Origin: Patescibacteria group bacterium
GTDB taxonomy: Bacteria; Patescibacteriota; Patescibacteriia; UBA9934; GWF2-40-263
Length of the DNA: 64,000 bases
Assembly (NCBI GenBank): GCA_038065075.1
Contig: JBBTRQ010000008.1
Coordinates: forward strand, 11,960-75,959
Direction: 5' to 3'
In this document: piece after piece, positions 17,493-27,032 of the stretch
Numbering within the stretch: the first letter of the stretch is position 1
How the letters are laid out: the number at the start of each line of letters is the position of its first letter
Notes under the pieces: model-generated
The model's database searches: none
What the model was told of the DNA's origin: nothing
What the model saw: only the letters and a program-made list of their open reading frames with translations
Translations under genes and position numbers: made by a program

Positions 17493-18257
17493 TTAAGGTT
17501 TGCCGATCTTCCAAAGATTTTCAAAAAGGTTTAGCTGTCCCTGAACGAGGTCGGCGTTTTTGATGCGAATGGCAGTCACGGGTTGAGTGGGAGTGGAGAA
17601 GATCATGTTTACGATCACTCCTGCCTCCGGATATATACGCACGCCAGACGGATTCTCGATGTCGTCTGGTAGGTAGCGGATGTCATAGAGGTCCAGTTGG
17701 TCGGCGAGATCCCTTTGGAGCATCTCGCGATGTGACTCGTATGAGATCATTTTGATGTGAATCCCCTGTGTGCGGATCGCCTTGTGGTAACGATCCCAGA
17801 TTTTTCGCATGGTGAGCTCCATGAACTCCTCACCGCCGGTTCCAAGAATGTAGGACGCTCCGCCTCTGGGGATTTTTCGGATCTGCTCGGTGAGGAGATT
17901 CAAGTAGGCTTCATTTCCCTCGTAGACCGTAATTTCTTGGATGGGGTGAACCGAAAGACTTGAAACCGCGCGGGCAATTTCTGTTGCAATCCTTTGTTTT
18001 TCTTCAAATTCTTGAACAACCACGCTAGGATCAGCAACGCTAAACTGCTTTTTTCCTTTGATTTGGCTCTCGAGGACGTACTTTTTCTCGATTAGATGCT
18101 CGAGAGAGGTATACACGACGTTTCGGTGGAGACCGGTTTTTTTGATGAGTGGTCCACTGGTCGACGTCCCAAGAAAGACCAGCTCAACATAAACCTGGCT
18201 CTCATGGTCAGTGAGGCCGAGCGATAAAAGGCTTAACCTTAAGGCTTTTTTGTCCAT
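17493..18257 (-). CDS. TrmB-family transcriptional regulator (second paralog)
   Basis: N-terminal LGLTDHESQVYVELVFLGTSTSGPLIKKTGLHRNVVYTSLEHLIEKKY wHTH. Convergent on rnpB from the other side. Confidence 0.5.
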   Translation of the reverse strand: MDKKALRLSLLSLGLTDHESQVYVELVFLGTSTSGPLIKKTGLHRNVVYTSLEHLIEKKYVLESQIKGKKQFSVADPSVVVQEFEEKQRIATEIARAVSSLSVHPIQEITVYEGNEAYLNLLTEQIRKIPRGGASYILGTGGEEFMELTMRKIWDRYHKAIRTQGIHIKMISYESHREMLQRDLADQLDLYDIRYLPDDIENPSGVRIYPEAGVIVNMIFSTPTQPVTAIRIKNADLVQGQLNLFENLWKIGKP

Positions 18258-18375
18258 AACTTTATTCTATCACCTTTTTGGGTTGACAACAAGTAGATAA
18301 TGTGGTAGAGTGTTGGGTCGAGTGAGGGATGTCCCCTTGCGAGATGCATTGCCAGACCACGAATCGGAGAATGAC

Positions 18376-18984
18376 ATGCGCATCCTGGTCATCGACGACA
18401 AGCAGAACCACCGTGATTCGGCCACGGAAACCCTGAAGGGGCATGAGGTCTCCGTCGCCTCCTCGTACGACGAGGCGACCAGGCTCATGGAGCCGGCGTA
18501 CGACGAGGCGATCGAGGAGAAGCACCTGCGCGATGCGGGGGTCACGAAGCAGAACCCCGCCTTCGTGAACACGGATGAGGGCAAGGAAAGGTGGAAGGCC
18601 TACTGGGCTGCCCGCAAGAGCGCGCACAGCGCAGCGGAAATCCCCTTCCCGTTCGAGGTGGTTCTCACCGACATGATGATGCCGATGGGGGACTGGAACA
18701 CCCTGCGGGATGCATGCGATCCGTCGCAGCAAATCCCTTACGGGTTCGTCCTCGCCCTCCGGGCGGCGCAGCGCGGTGCCAAGTGGGTAGCAATGGTGAC
18801 GGACACCAATCACCACAAGGGTGCCATGAGCGCGGCGATCGACTGCATCGGTGACTCCTACTACTCCGGCAAGGAGGCCGACTTCCAGATCAACGGCGCG
18901 AAGGTCCGCTTCGTTCACGCCCCGTTCTGCGAGGATGGGATCAGCAAGGACTGGGGAAGAGTTCTCGCTGATCTCGTGAAGTGA
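18376..18984 (+). CDS. Stand-alone receiver (REC)-like domain protein with large insertion, GC-rich
   Basis: MRILVIDD (beta-1 acidic pair) and VVLTDMMMPMGDW (phospho-acceptor Asp context), separated by an approximately 60-aa insert. No output domain. Confidence 0.4.
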   Translation: MRILVIDDKQNHRDSATETLKGHEVSVASSYDEATRLMEPAYDEAIEEKHLRDAGVTKQNPAFVNTDEGKERWKAYWAARKSAHSAAEIPFPFEVVLTDMMMPMGDWNTLRDACDPSQQIPYGFVLALRAAQRGAKWVAMVTDTNHHKGAMSAAIDCIGDSYYSGKEADFQINGAKVRFVHAPFCEDGISKDWGRVLADLVK

Positions 18985-19166
18985 GGTAGAAGGCCCTAGA
19001 CCAGGGGAAACAATACTGGTCACGCTGAACGATGGCCGTTCAACACGACCCGTCCATAACTCCCCCGCCCGAGGGTAATCAAATATCGGGCACCCCTTTG
19101 AGGAGAGAGATTAAAACTGTCTATTCAAAGGAGCAAAAAACAGACCCTTTCAGGTCCGTTTTTTGT

Positions 19167-19436
19167 TTACGCCTTTTTGAGGGCGTTTACCTTTTTCATG
19201 AGTCGCGACTTGTAGCGTGAAACGGTATTGAGCTTCAGCAGGTTCTTCTGTACCGCTTTGTCGAGCTTCTTGCCGACGAGTCGAGCCACTTCGGCGGCTT
19301 CGTCTACCTTTTTAGCGGTGACAGCCTTGCGAAGTTTCACGCGTAGAGAATGAATCTCAGCGAGCGCTACCTTGTTTCGTTCGGCGTGAGTCTTATTTTG
19401 TCGAAGCGCTTTTTTAGCATTTCGTAGATTTGGCAT
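19167..19436 (-). CDS. rpsT: 30S ribosomal protein S20
   Basis: MPNLRNAKKALRQNKTHAERNK..; typical length and composition. Confidence 0.85.
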   Translation of the reverse strand: MPNLRNAKKALRQNKTHAERNKVALAEIHSLRVKLRKAVTAKKVDEAAEVARLVGKKLDKAVQKNLLKLNTVSRYKSRLMKKVNALKKA

Positions 19437-19474
19437 ATTGGTCGCAAGTATAACGGAATTGTTCGGGGTGTCAA

Positions 19475-20626
19475 CTATTCCTCACCTTTTGGGAATTCAA
19501 GCTCAAGTGGCTCAAGGATCTTTCCGGCAGAACCTTCCGTTATTCTATAAATGTCCTTGTCGATCTTTTTGAGTTCCTGCGAGGAGCTTGTGTATGTGCG
19601 TACAGTGGTCTCAAGCTGTTTTCCCAGCCTGTTGTGATGATCCTCGTAAGCCTTCATGTGGCGTATGAGATTCTCGGCCTGTTTTTGGATGTCCTTCACG
19701 GAGTCCTCGATCTGCAGTGCTTTGAGTCCCAAGAGGACGGTCTGAAGATAGGCAAAGAAGGACGTGGGCGAGACGATCATGACACCCTTTTCAAAAGCGT
19801 ACTCGATGAGATTTCGTGTGTTTACCTTCACGGCACCGACATTTTGTGTGATGAGATTATGGTAGACCCCCTCGGCTGGAACGAACATGAATGCGAAATT
19901 CGTTGTTCCCATTTGAGGTTTGACGTACTTGGACGTCTCATCAATTCTGAGCTTGACGTCTGCCTTGAACTCCTTCTCAAGAAGTTCACGTCTTTCCGCG
20001 TCTGTCTCTTGTGAGATTCGGTTGTAGTTCTCAAGAGAAAATTTTGCGTCGATGGGTATGAGCAAATCTTTTACAAAGAGAACCGCGTCAGGGATGAGAG
20101 CCTGACCCGTTGTCTCGTCGACGCCTAGCGGGTACTGCATCTGGTAGCCGTTTGGGGAAAGAACCTGCCCAAGGAGTGACTCGAGCCAGTACTCGCCAAG
20201 GATCCCTCGTTGTTTTGGATTCTTGAGGATGTTTTCGAGGCTTTGGAGCTGTTCAGAGAAGTTGAGAACCTGTTTGTTTGTCTCATCAAGTTTTGTGAGA
20301 CGCTCGGTAACATCACGAAAGACGCCAAATGAGTGCTGGAAGTGTTTTTGGAGTGCCGAGGATGAATCCTGCAAGTTCTTAATCATGCGATCATGCATGA
20401 GATCCAGTTTTCCCTCCACTTCTTTTCGTTGAGAGCTGGTTGAGTCCTGAATTTCTCGGCGGAGGTCATTGATGAGAGACAGGAGTTGAGTGTTTGCTTG
20501 ATCAGAAGTTGGGAGCCGTCTACGCAAAGCGAAAAAAATACCAAGTCCCGCCAGGAGTACTACTAATAGGATGAGAACAAGGAAAATTTCATTGCTCATA
20601 TTCTTTGACGGCGAGTTTCCGTTCAA
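19475..20626 (-). CDS. rmuC: DNA recombination protein RmuC
   Basis: N-terminal TM helix, long coiled coil and a C-terminal RmuC-like nuclease-fold region (..FAFMFVPAEGVYHNLI..). Confidence 0.55.
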   Translation of the reverse strand: MNGNSPSKNMSNEIFLVLILLVVLLAGLGIFFALRRRLPTSDQANTQLLSLINDLRREIQDSTSSQRKEVEGKLDLMHDRMIKNLQDSSSALQKHFQHSFGVFRDVTERLTKLDETNKQVLNFSEQLQSLENILKNPKQRGILGEYWLESLLGQVLSPNGYQMQYPLGVDETTGQALIPDAVLFVKDLLIPIDAKFSLENYNRISQETDAERRELLEKEFKADVKLRIDETSKYVKPQMGTTNFAFMFVPAEGVYHNLITQNVGAVKVNTRNLIEYAFEKGVMIVSPTSFFAYLQTVLLGLKALQIEDSVKDIQKQAENLIRHMKAYEDHHNRLGKQLETTVRTYTSSSQELKKIDKDIYRITEGSAGKILEPLELEFPKGEE

Positions 20627-20691
20627 GTACGATTATGTCGCTCTGACTACAGTATAGCATGAATTTCCACCTCCGTTTTACGACACATAAT

Positions 20692-20767
20692 GTCCCCGTA
20701 GCTCAACTGGATAGAGCTACAGCGTCCTAAGCTGGAGATGGGGGTTCAAGTCCCTCCGGGGACACCA
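20692..20767 (+). tRNA. tRNA-Arg (anticodon CCT)
   Basis: Acceptor GTCCCCG/CGGGGAC, D arm GCTC..GAGC, anticodon loop GTCCTAA, T arm GGGGG-TTCAAGT-CCCTC, ACCA. Confidence 0.75.
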
Positions 20768-20788
20768 AAACGTTTCACGTGAAACAAT

Positions 20789-21457
20789 GTGAGTTCAGGA
20801 TCCATTGAAAATCCAGGTTTCCTCATTGACCTTGACGGACTCCTCATAAACTCTGAGGCGCTTTCAATGATTGCGTTTGAGAAGCTATGCGGAAGTCTTG
20901 GTTGCCAGTTTACACAGGGCTACCACGCATCTATTCGAGGCAAAAGAAAGTCGCAGTGGGCGCAGGAGTTTGTTAATGAGTTTTCGCTCAAGGAATCTGC
21001 ACAGCAAGTGGCTGATCTTCACACAGAGCTTCTTCTTGGTGAGATGGATAGATCCGTCAGCCTTATGCCCGGCGCAAGTATGATGCTTTCATGGATCGGA
21101 CAAAACAGGTACTCCTCAGCGCTTGTGACAAGCTCAGATAGGGATTACGCGACGACCTACCTGAACAGGCTTGGCATTGCAAAATTCTTTCAGCAAATCG
21201 TGTCGGCCGAGGATGTAGCAAACGGTAAGCCAGACCCAGAGCCTTATATTGTTGGTGCACAAAGAATAGAAAAGAATCCAAAAAGTTGTATTGTCCTAGA
21301 GGATTCTGTTAATGGGGTTCTGGCAGGAAAAGCTTCAGGAGCTGTCGTAATCGCGGTCCCTTCTACGGATTCCGACAGGGAACAGATGGGTAATTCCGAT
21401 TACGTTGTTTCATCACTCATTGAGGCCCTCGAAATAGTTAAGGGAATGGGCCTGTAG
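20789..21457 (+). CDS. HAD-superfamily hydrolase, subfamily IA
   Basis: Motif [13 protein letters not shown] (DxDG.L). Motif IV ..[16 protein letters not shown]. Its last 10 nt overlap tRNA-Ala. Confidence 0.6.
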   Translation: MSSGSIENPGFLIDLDGLLINSEALSMIAFEKLCGSLGCQFTQGYHASIRGKRKSQWAQEFVNEFSLKESAQQVADLHTELLLGEMDRSVSLMPGASMMLSWIGQNRYSSALVTSSDRDYATTYLNRLGIAKFFQQIVSAEDVANGKPDPEPYIVGAQRIEKNPKSCIVLEDSVNGVLAGKASGAVVIAVPSTDSDREQMGNSDYVVSSLIEALEIVKGMGL

Positions 21458-21523
21458 CTCAGTTGGTAGAGCGCCGCATTCGCATTGCGGAGGTCAGGGG
21501 TTCGAATCCCCTCAGGTCCACCA
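21448..21523 (+). tRNA. tRNA-Ala (anticodon CGC)
   Basis: Acceptor GGGCCTG/CAGGTCC with the G3:U70 alanine identity pair. Anticodon loop TTCGCAT. T arm GGGG-TTCGAAT-CCCC. ACCA. Confidence 0.85.
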
Positions 21524-21525
21524 CA

Positions 21526-21556
21526 AAATATCCGACGCTGGTCGGATATTTTGTTT
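21526..21556 (+). terminator. Rho-independent terminator
   Basis: atatccgac-gctg-gtcggatat stem followed by tttgttt. Confidence 0.6.
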
Positions 21557-21756
21557 CACGTGAAACATCCGAAAAGTCTGTTTTTTGTCAGACAAAGATA
21601 TTTTGTAGCGTTTGGCAACACTGGGGTAGACAAAAAATGAATTTTGTGGATAACTCATCATAAAACCTAAGAAATGAGGAATTTTGCAGTTTTTTTTGCT
21701 ATTTTCTTCGCTGGTGGATATATTTTTTCTCTAATTTTAGCTAAATAATGGCTTGA

Positions 21757-21785
21757 CTACATTTAGTATTCATGATAGACTATCC
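21757..21785 (+). promoter_or_regulatory. Candidate sigma-70-like promoter for the surface-protein cluster
   Basis: TTGACT-17 nt-TAGACT in an AT-rich intergenic region upstream of 21804. Confidence 0.25.
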
Positions 21786-21803
21786 ATGTAAGGGTTAAGA
21801 CCT

Positions 21804-22709
21804 ATGCGAAGCCGTATCGTCACCTTTGCGCTTGTGGGGTTTTTTATATCCGCTCCTTTTGCTCAGGCAGCAATGAGCTCCACAAACTTTGAAATCCGGT
21901 GGGACACGATCAGCACCGGAGGTTCGGATACCGCATCGTCAGGAAGCTACTTACTTCGGGATGCCGTTGAGCCGGCAGTTGCTGGCTCGTCATCAAGCTC
22001 TTCCTACCAACTAGCCCAGGGTTACAGGTCGGGGGTGGATGACCAGATCATTACATTCGAGGTCCTTACGCAGACGACAGTCTCAGCACGGGCCGCAACG
22101 GCATTGTCCGGACTCACGGTCACCGCTAGCACGAGTGGGATCAGCGTGGATTCTCTCATTGCGCTCGTTCAGAACGTTGGTGCCTCGCAGGTCACGGCTA
22201 TCGGTAAAGTTGCCTCCCTAGGAGCCGGAACAATCACGGTTGACGCCTGGAAGGATGGAGGGACAGCTCCTACGATCGATGGGACGAATGACCATGTCTA
22301 CCCGCTCACGAGTACTTCCGTTGGTTTTGGAGAGCTTTCCGCGTCGTCGGTGTCCACGGCCATTATCGCGTTTGAGGTAAATGCCGCAAACGACAATGGG
22401 TACACCGTACAGGTCTTCGATGATGGGAACCTTCGCACAACGGGATATGACATCGATGATGTCACAGATGGAAGTGTAACCGCGGGCTCAGAGGAGTACG
22501 GAGCGCGTTCATCTGACACAACGCTCACTAGCTCGACGTTTGATACGGCTGATACAGCACTTTCAACCACCTTTCAGGACGTGGCGACAGAAAGCCTCAC
22601 AAGTTTCGAGAGTCGAAACTTTCTCACACTCAAGGCGGCAATGAGTTCCTTAAGTGGGAGCGTGGCTTACTCACAGATACTCTCTTTGATCGTTTCGGCA
22701 AACTACTAA
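21804..22709 (+). CDS. Secreted Ser/Thr-rich protein
   Basis: Signal peptide (FALVGFFISAPFAQA), low-complexity S/T tracts. First gene of the surface cluster. Confidence 0.45.
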   Translation: MRSRIVTFALVGFFISAPFAQAAMSSTNFEIRWDTISTGGSDTASSGSYLLRDAVEPAVAGSSSSSSYQLAQGYRSGVDDQIITFEVLTQTTVSARAATALSGLTVTASTSGISVDSLIALVQNVGASQVTAIGKVASLGAGTITVDAWKDGGTAPTIDGTNDHVYPLTSTSVGFGELSASSVSTAIIAFEVNAANDNGYTVQVFDDGNLRTTGYDIDDVTDGSVTAGSEEYGARSSDTTLTSSTFDTADTALSTTFQDVATESLTSFESRNFLTLKAAMSSLSGSVAYSQILSLIVSANY

Positions 22710-22710
22710 T

Positions 22711-23637
22711 ATGGCTAGGCGATGGTCTCTCACAATCTGTGTGCTCGCTCTGGCGCTGAGTCCTTCGATTGGGCAGATGGCTTCTCTTTCACCCAGCATC
22801 GTTGAGATCGCTTCCTCGCGCGCAGAAGTGGCTGAATCAGCTTTTACCATTTTCAACACGGGCGCGGGCGAGCAGGTGTACTTTCTTGACCTTTTGGCTT
22901 TCGGGCCTAGTGGTGAGGACGGAACGCCTTTGTTCACTCCAGAGGAAACTTCTCAAAGTGAGTTCCTCTCCTGGATCGTTTTTCCAGCGCGTGAGGTGCT
23001 CGTCCCAGCTGTTTCAAAAGTGGAGGTTCCGTTCCGCGTTGTCGTCCCAGACGATGTCGCCGCGGGAAGCTACTACGGGGCGATCACCGTCTCAACCTCG
23101 CCAACAGATGTTGTTGTCTCAAACGGGGCGACCATCGAGGCTAAGACCGCCATCTTGGTTTTCTTGACCATCGAGGGTGAGACGGTAGAGAAGCTCGAGA
23201 TTTTGGATTTTTTTCTCGAGCGAGACGATGCTTCGCACACCTTTGGCCTGTTCAGTTATCGACTGCAGAACCAGGGGAATGTCCATCTGACTCCGTCAGG
23301 AGATGTCCGTATTCGTGGCATGTTCGGTCAAACAGTTCGAGTCTTGAATGCAAACCAGGCAGAGGGTCGGGTTCTTCCGGACTCGACGCGTACTTTCACC
23401 GTCTCCTATCAGTCGGTGGGGGGTAACTGGATCGCGCGTGCCGGCGATCAACTTAGACACCTCGCCTTTGGCCCCATGACAGCTGAGCTTTCGCTGACAT
23501 ATGGAACCGACGGTCTCATTCAAACATCCTGGCCTTTGTGGGCGATCCCCTATGAGCTTATGAATCTGCTGCTACTCATCGCCGTCGTTATTGGAGGAGC
23601 CTTCGTTCTTGCTTTCTTGAGAAAAAGGAAAGGCTAA
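22711..23637 (+). CDS. Cell-surface protein with signal peptide and C-terminal TM anchor plus basic tail
   Basis: N-terminal signal, beta-rich body, C-terminal LLLIAVVIGGAFVLAFLRKRKG. This architecture resembles the membrane-anchored partners of Gram-positive surface complexes. Confidence 0.4.
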   Translation: MARRWSLTICVLALALSPSIGQMASLSPSIVEIASSRAEVAESAFTIFNTGAGEQVYFLDLLAFGPSGEDGTPLFTPEETSQSEFLSWIVFPAREVLVPAVSKVEVPFRVVVPDDVAAGSYYGAITVSTSPTDVVVSNGATIEAKTAILVFLTIEGETVEKLEILDFFLERDDASHTFGLFSYRLQNQGNVHLTPSGDVRIRGMFGQTVRVLNANQAEGRVLPDSTRTFTVSYQSVGGNWIARAGDQLRHLAFGPMTAELSLTYGTDGLIQTSWPLWAIPYELMNLLLLIAVVIGGAFVLAFLRKRKG

Positions 23638-23649
23638 ACAAATCCATGT

Positions 23650-26600
23650 GTGTGTACATACAGGAGGATGATTCAAACACTGACACTAGCCGCCGTTGTT
23701 GCAACCGCGGCTGTTGTCGGTGCTTGGAATGTTTCCGCCGCGACGGTTACCAGCGCGAATGACTATCCTTCGACGTTGCAGACCTCGCAGGCCGCCAATC
23801 ATCGGGTGCTCTTTACAACACCAACAGGTATCTCTCTTGGCTCGACGATCACGCTCACATTTGCCTCGTCTTTCGACACGTCGACGATTACCGAGGATGA
23901 TGTCGATATTGCCGATGATGGCGTGGATCTGACTACGGCATCGACCTGTGCCGGCTCAGAACAAGCCTCCGTGGCGATTACCTCTGACGTCGTGACGATC
24001 ACGGTTTGTGCAGGGGATGGCGGAGCCATTGCCGCGACGAGCTCGGTGGCCGTCGAAATCGGAACCAACGCAACGAGTTCGGGAACAGGAGCAAACCAGA
24101 TCACGAACCCCTCATCGACAGGAAACTACTATGTGTCGATCGCCGGATCGTTTGGGGATTCAGGTTCGATCATTCTCCCGATCGGCGGCGACGATTCCAT
24201 CAGTGTTACCGCGACGGTGCCTTCATCGGGCGGGGGAGGAGAATCAGGAGGCGGTGGAGGCGGCGGTGCTCCAGCGGACACAACTGCTCCGATAATTTCT
24301 AGCATTGTCGTTTCAGCCGTGACAACCTCTTCCGCGACTGTGAGCTGGACGACGAGCGAGGCCGCGACTCGCCTGCTCGATTATGGCCTCACGACCAGCT
24401 TTGAGTTGGGAACCGCGACAGAGTCGGGGTACTACACGAGTCACTCCGTGAGCCTTTCAGGCCTCTTTGAGGGAGCGACGTATTACTTCCGTATTCGAGC
24501 GGCAGACTCAACGGGGAACACAGCCACGTCCTCTACCCAGACGTTCACGACGAGCGACGAGACGGATCCCGTTATCTCTGACATCGAGGTGATCGACATC
24601 ACAACCACCTCCGCGCGCGTGACCTGGGAGACAGACGAGTCAGCCGACAGTACCGTTTCCTACGGACTCTCGACGGCGTATGGCGATACGCAGACCGATT
24701 CGAGTCTTACGACTTCACACTCGATCCTGCTCACCGACCTCACAGCCGGAAAGACATACCATTTCCAAGTCTTGTCCACGGACGCGTCATCCAACCAGGC
24801 GTTCTCCAGCGATCAGACGTTCACGACCGATGAGGATGATCCACCAGGGAATGTGTCGAGCTTGTCGATCGTGGAAGGGGACGCGCAACTGACGCTCTCT
24901 TGGACGAATCCAACCGACAGCGACCTCGCGGGCATTCGCGTGCTGCGATGTCTGGGGGGGTACCCGACGGAACCCACGGACTCTTCATGCACGATCGTGT
25001 CGACGAGTTTGACGACCAGTCTCTCGCAGACGGGGCTTTCCAATGGAACAACGTATTACTTTGGCGTGTTTGCGTACGATTCAGCAGGGCAGTTTGCTTC
25101 TGGAGCTTTGGTGCAGGGTGCGCCACAGGCTCCAGAAGAAGAGGTGCCCTCAGAAGAGGAGCCCGCAGAGGAAGAACCCTCTGACGAAGAGCCGGGTGGG
25201 GAAGAAGAAATCCCCACCGAGACAGAAGAGCCAGGTTTGGGCGAAGTCCCTCCACCGGAATCGGCGGCTGAAGAACCAACCTCCTTGGGTGCGGAGGAAG
25301 GGGATTTGAGCGACGTCGATGTCCTTTATCTGGTTGCAGACGAGACGATTGAACTCACGACCACCAGCTCCGGTGTGGTCGAAGTCACTCCCACAAGTGA
25401 CGTGAGAATCGTCGTGCCTGCAGATGCGGTGCTCGCAGACGTTGAGACAGTTACGCTCACCATTGGCGAAGACACCTACCTCATGCGTCTTGATGACGCC
25501 CTCGATCTTTATTACGCGGATCTTACGATTCCTGACGTGCTTACCCTCCTCCAGGTGTACGTGCTTGTCACCTACGAGGATGGTTCAACAGATTCCGTTT
25601 CTTCCTACCTGCGTGTCGTATCCCCTGGATACGTGTACCAGGTCGTCGATGGGGAAGAAGCGGTCGTGAGTTCCGCAAGGGTTACGCTCTTTGAGGATGT
25701 GGAAGGTGAATGGGTTGTGTGGGATGGGTCCCCATATGATCAGTTCAACCCCACAGAGGTCGGACAAGACGGAACCTTTGTCTGGTATGTCCCAAACGGA
25801 ACATATCAGGTATCCGTCTCTGCTGATGGATTTGAGACCACGACAAGTGGAACACTCACCATCGACAACGCGATCGTGAACCCTCGCGTCCGTCTCACAG
25901 CCAGTGAGGAGGAAGAAGAGGAGATCGCGCCAACACCGACAGAGGAAGTGTCAGAGGAGACTCCGACAGCAGAGTCCTCGACACTGGCCGAAACGTTCTT
26001 TAACGCGCTCCCCATTGCGGGAGTGCGGGAAACCTTGGAAGCTATTCGCGAACTTCCAGGGGTGGAAGAGGCGACGCAGATCTCCACACCTGCTCTTGCA
26101 ATCACGGCAGGAGCAAGCGTGGTCGTTCTCTCGGTTGCCTTCGACTTCCTCCCATTCCTTCAATATTTTTTCACCGCGCCGGTTCTCTTTTTCTGGCGCC
26201 GACGAAGGAAGGGGTATGGGGTCGTCTACAACGCCATTGCCAAGACTGCGATCGACTTGGCCGTGGTTCGTCTCTTCCAAATTGATCCTGCCAATCCGTC
26301 TGCTCGCGGGCGTCTCGTCAAAAGCCGTGTTACAGACAGAGGGGGTCGGTATTTTTTCCTGGTTCAACCTGGGATGTATCGCCTCACCGTGACAAAACCG
26401 GCGTTTCAGTTCCCGACGCAGTACATGAAAGAGGAAAAGACGGACGGATCCTATCTGGACGTCTATCACGGTGAGTCCATTGAAGTCACATCAGATAACG
26501 CGGTCATCACCGCAAACATTCCTCTTGATCCTTCTCAAGCGACGAAGTACCACGAACCGGCTTGGATCCTGCGTCGAAAGTTCCTCCGCGGACTTCAACA

Positions 26601-27030
26601 CACCGTGGCGATTATCGGAGTGGTGATGGCGATCGCCTTTGCGGTCATTCGACCAACCGCCTTTACGGTGGTCATGGTTGCCGTGCAGATCCTGGTCTAT
26701 CTGCTTGCGCGTCGATTGGCCAAACCGCACAAGCCCATCAGTTGGGGCATTGTCTACAGCAAGGACACAGGTCGACCGCTGTCTCGTGTGGTCGCTCGTA
26801 TCTTCGAGCCAAAGTACAACAAGCTCTTGGAGACTCAAGTGACAGACAGCAAAGGTCACTACGCGTTCATGCTGGGTCCAAATCAGTATTACGCGACGTT
26901 CGACAAGATAGGATTCAAACAAAAACAAATTGATCCCATCGATTATTCAGCCGAGCAGGAGCCCAAGGGGTTCTCCGAAGAGGTTCCTCTGGAGTCAGAG
27001 AATCAATCGTTGGCTGGAGAGAAGACATAA
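23650..27030 (+). CDS. Giant surface protein: Fn3-like repeats, acidic linker, two TM segments, CarboxypepD_reg-like domains
   Basis: Repeated ..TVSWTT.E.A...L.YGLTT..G..Y.F..RA.D..GN..S..QTFTT modules (Fn3-like). EEE/PEE acidic linker. Hydrophobic helices near residues 820-860 and 980-1010. G.Y.L.V.K.GF motifs. Confidence 0.5.
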   Translation: MCTYRRMIQTLTLAAVVATAAVVGAWNVSAATVTSANDYPSTLQTSQAANHRVLFTTPTGISLGSTITLTFASSFDTSTITEDDVDIADDGVDLTTASTCAGSEQASVAITSDVVTITVCAGDGGAIAATSSVAVEIGTNATSSGTGANQITNPSSTGNYYVSIAGSFGDSGSIILPIGGDDSISVTATVPSSGGGGESGGGGGGGAPADTTAPIISSIVVSAVTTSSATVSWTTSEAATRLLDYGLTTSFELGTATESGYYTSHSVSLSGLFEGATYYFRIRAADSTGNTATSSTQTFTTSDETDPVISDIEVIDITTTSARVTWETDESADSTVSYGLSTAYGDTQTDSSLTTSHSILLTDLTAGKTYHFQVLSTDASSNQAFSSDQTFTTDEDDPPGNVSSLSIVEGDAQLTLSWTNPTDSDLAGIRVLRCLGGYPTEPTDSSCTIVSTSLTTSLSQTGLSNGTTYYFGVFAYDSAGQFASGALVQGAPQAPEEEVPSEEEPAEEEPSDEEPGGEEEIPTETEEPGLGEVPPPESAAEEPTSLGAEEGDLSDVDVLYLVADETIELTTTSSGVVEVTPTSDVRIVVPADAVLADVETVTLTIGEDTYLMRLDDALDLYYADLTIPDVLTLLQVYVLVTYEDGSTDSVSSYLRVVSPGYVYQVVDGEEAVVSSARVTLFEDVEGEWVVWDGSPYDQFNPTEVGQDGTFVWYVPNGTYQVSVSADGFETTTSGTLTIDNAIVNPRVRLTASEEEEEEIAPTPTEEVSEETPTAESSTLAETFFNALPIAGVRETLEAIRELPGVEEATQISTPALAITAGASVVVLSVAFDFLPFLQYFFTAPVLFFWRRRRKGYGVVYNAIAKTAIDLAVVRLFQIDPANPSARGRLVKSRVTDRGGRYFFLVQPGMYRLTVTKPAFQFPTQYMKEEKTDGSYLDVYHGESIEVTSDNAVITANIPLDPSQATKYHEPAWILRRKFLRGLQHTVAIIGVVMAIAFAVIRPTAFTVVMVAVQILVYLLARRLAKPHKPISWGIVYSKDTGRPLSRVVARIFEPKYNKLLETQVTDSKGHYAFMLGPNQYYATFDKIGFKQKQIDPIDYSAEQEPKGFSEEVPLESENQSLAGEKT

Positions 27031-27032
27031 TT

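Noticed and set aside
19137-19166. Terminator after rpsT
   Set aside because: Only a 4-bp GACC/GGTC stem could be drawn. Too weak to list despite flanking A and T tracts.
21448-21457. Overlap of the HAD hydrolase stop with the first 10 nt of tRNA-Ala
   Set aside because: Probably a trivial consequence of a TAG inside the tRNA acceptor/D region. The hydrolase may end a few codons earlier in reality.
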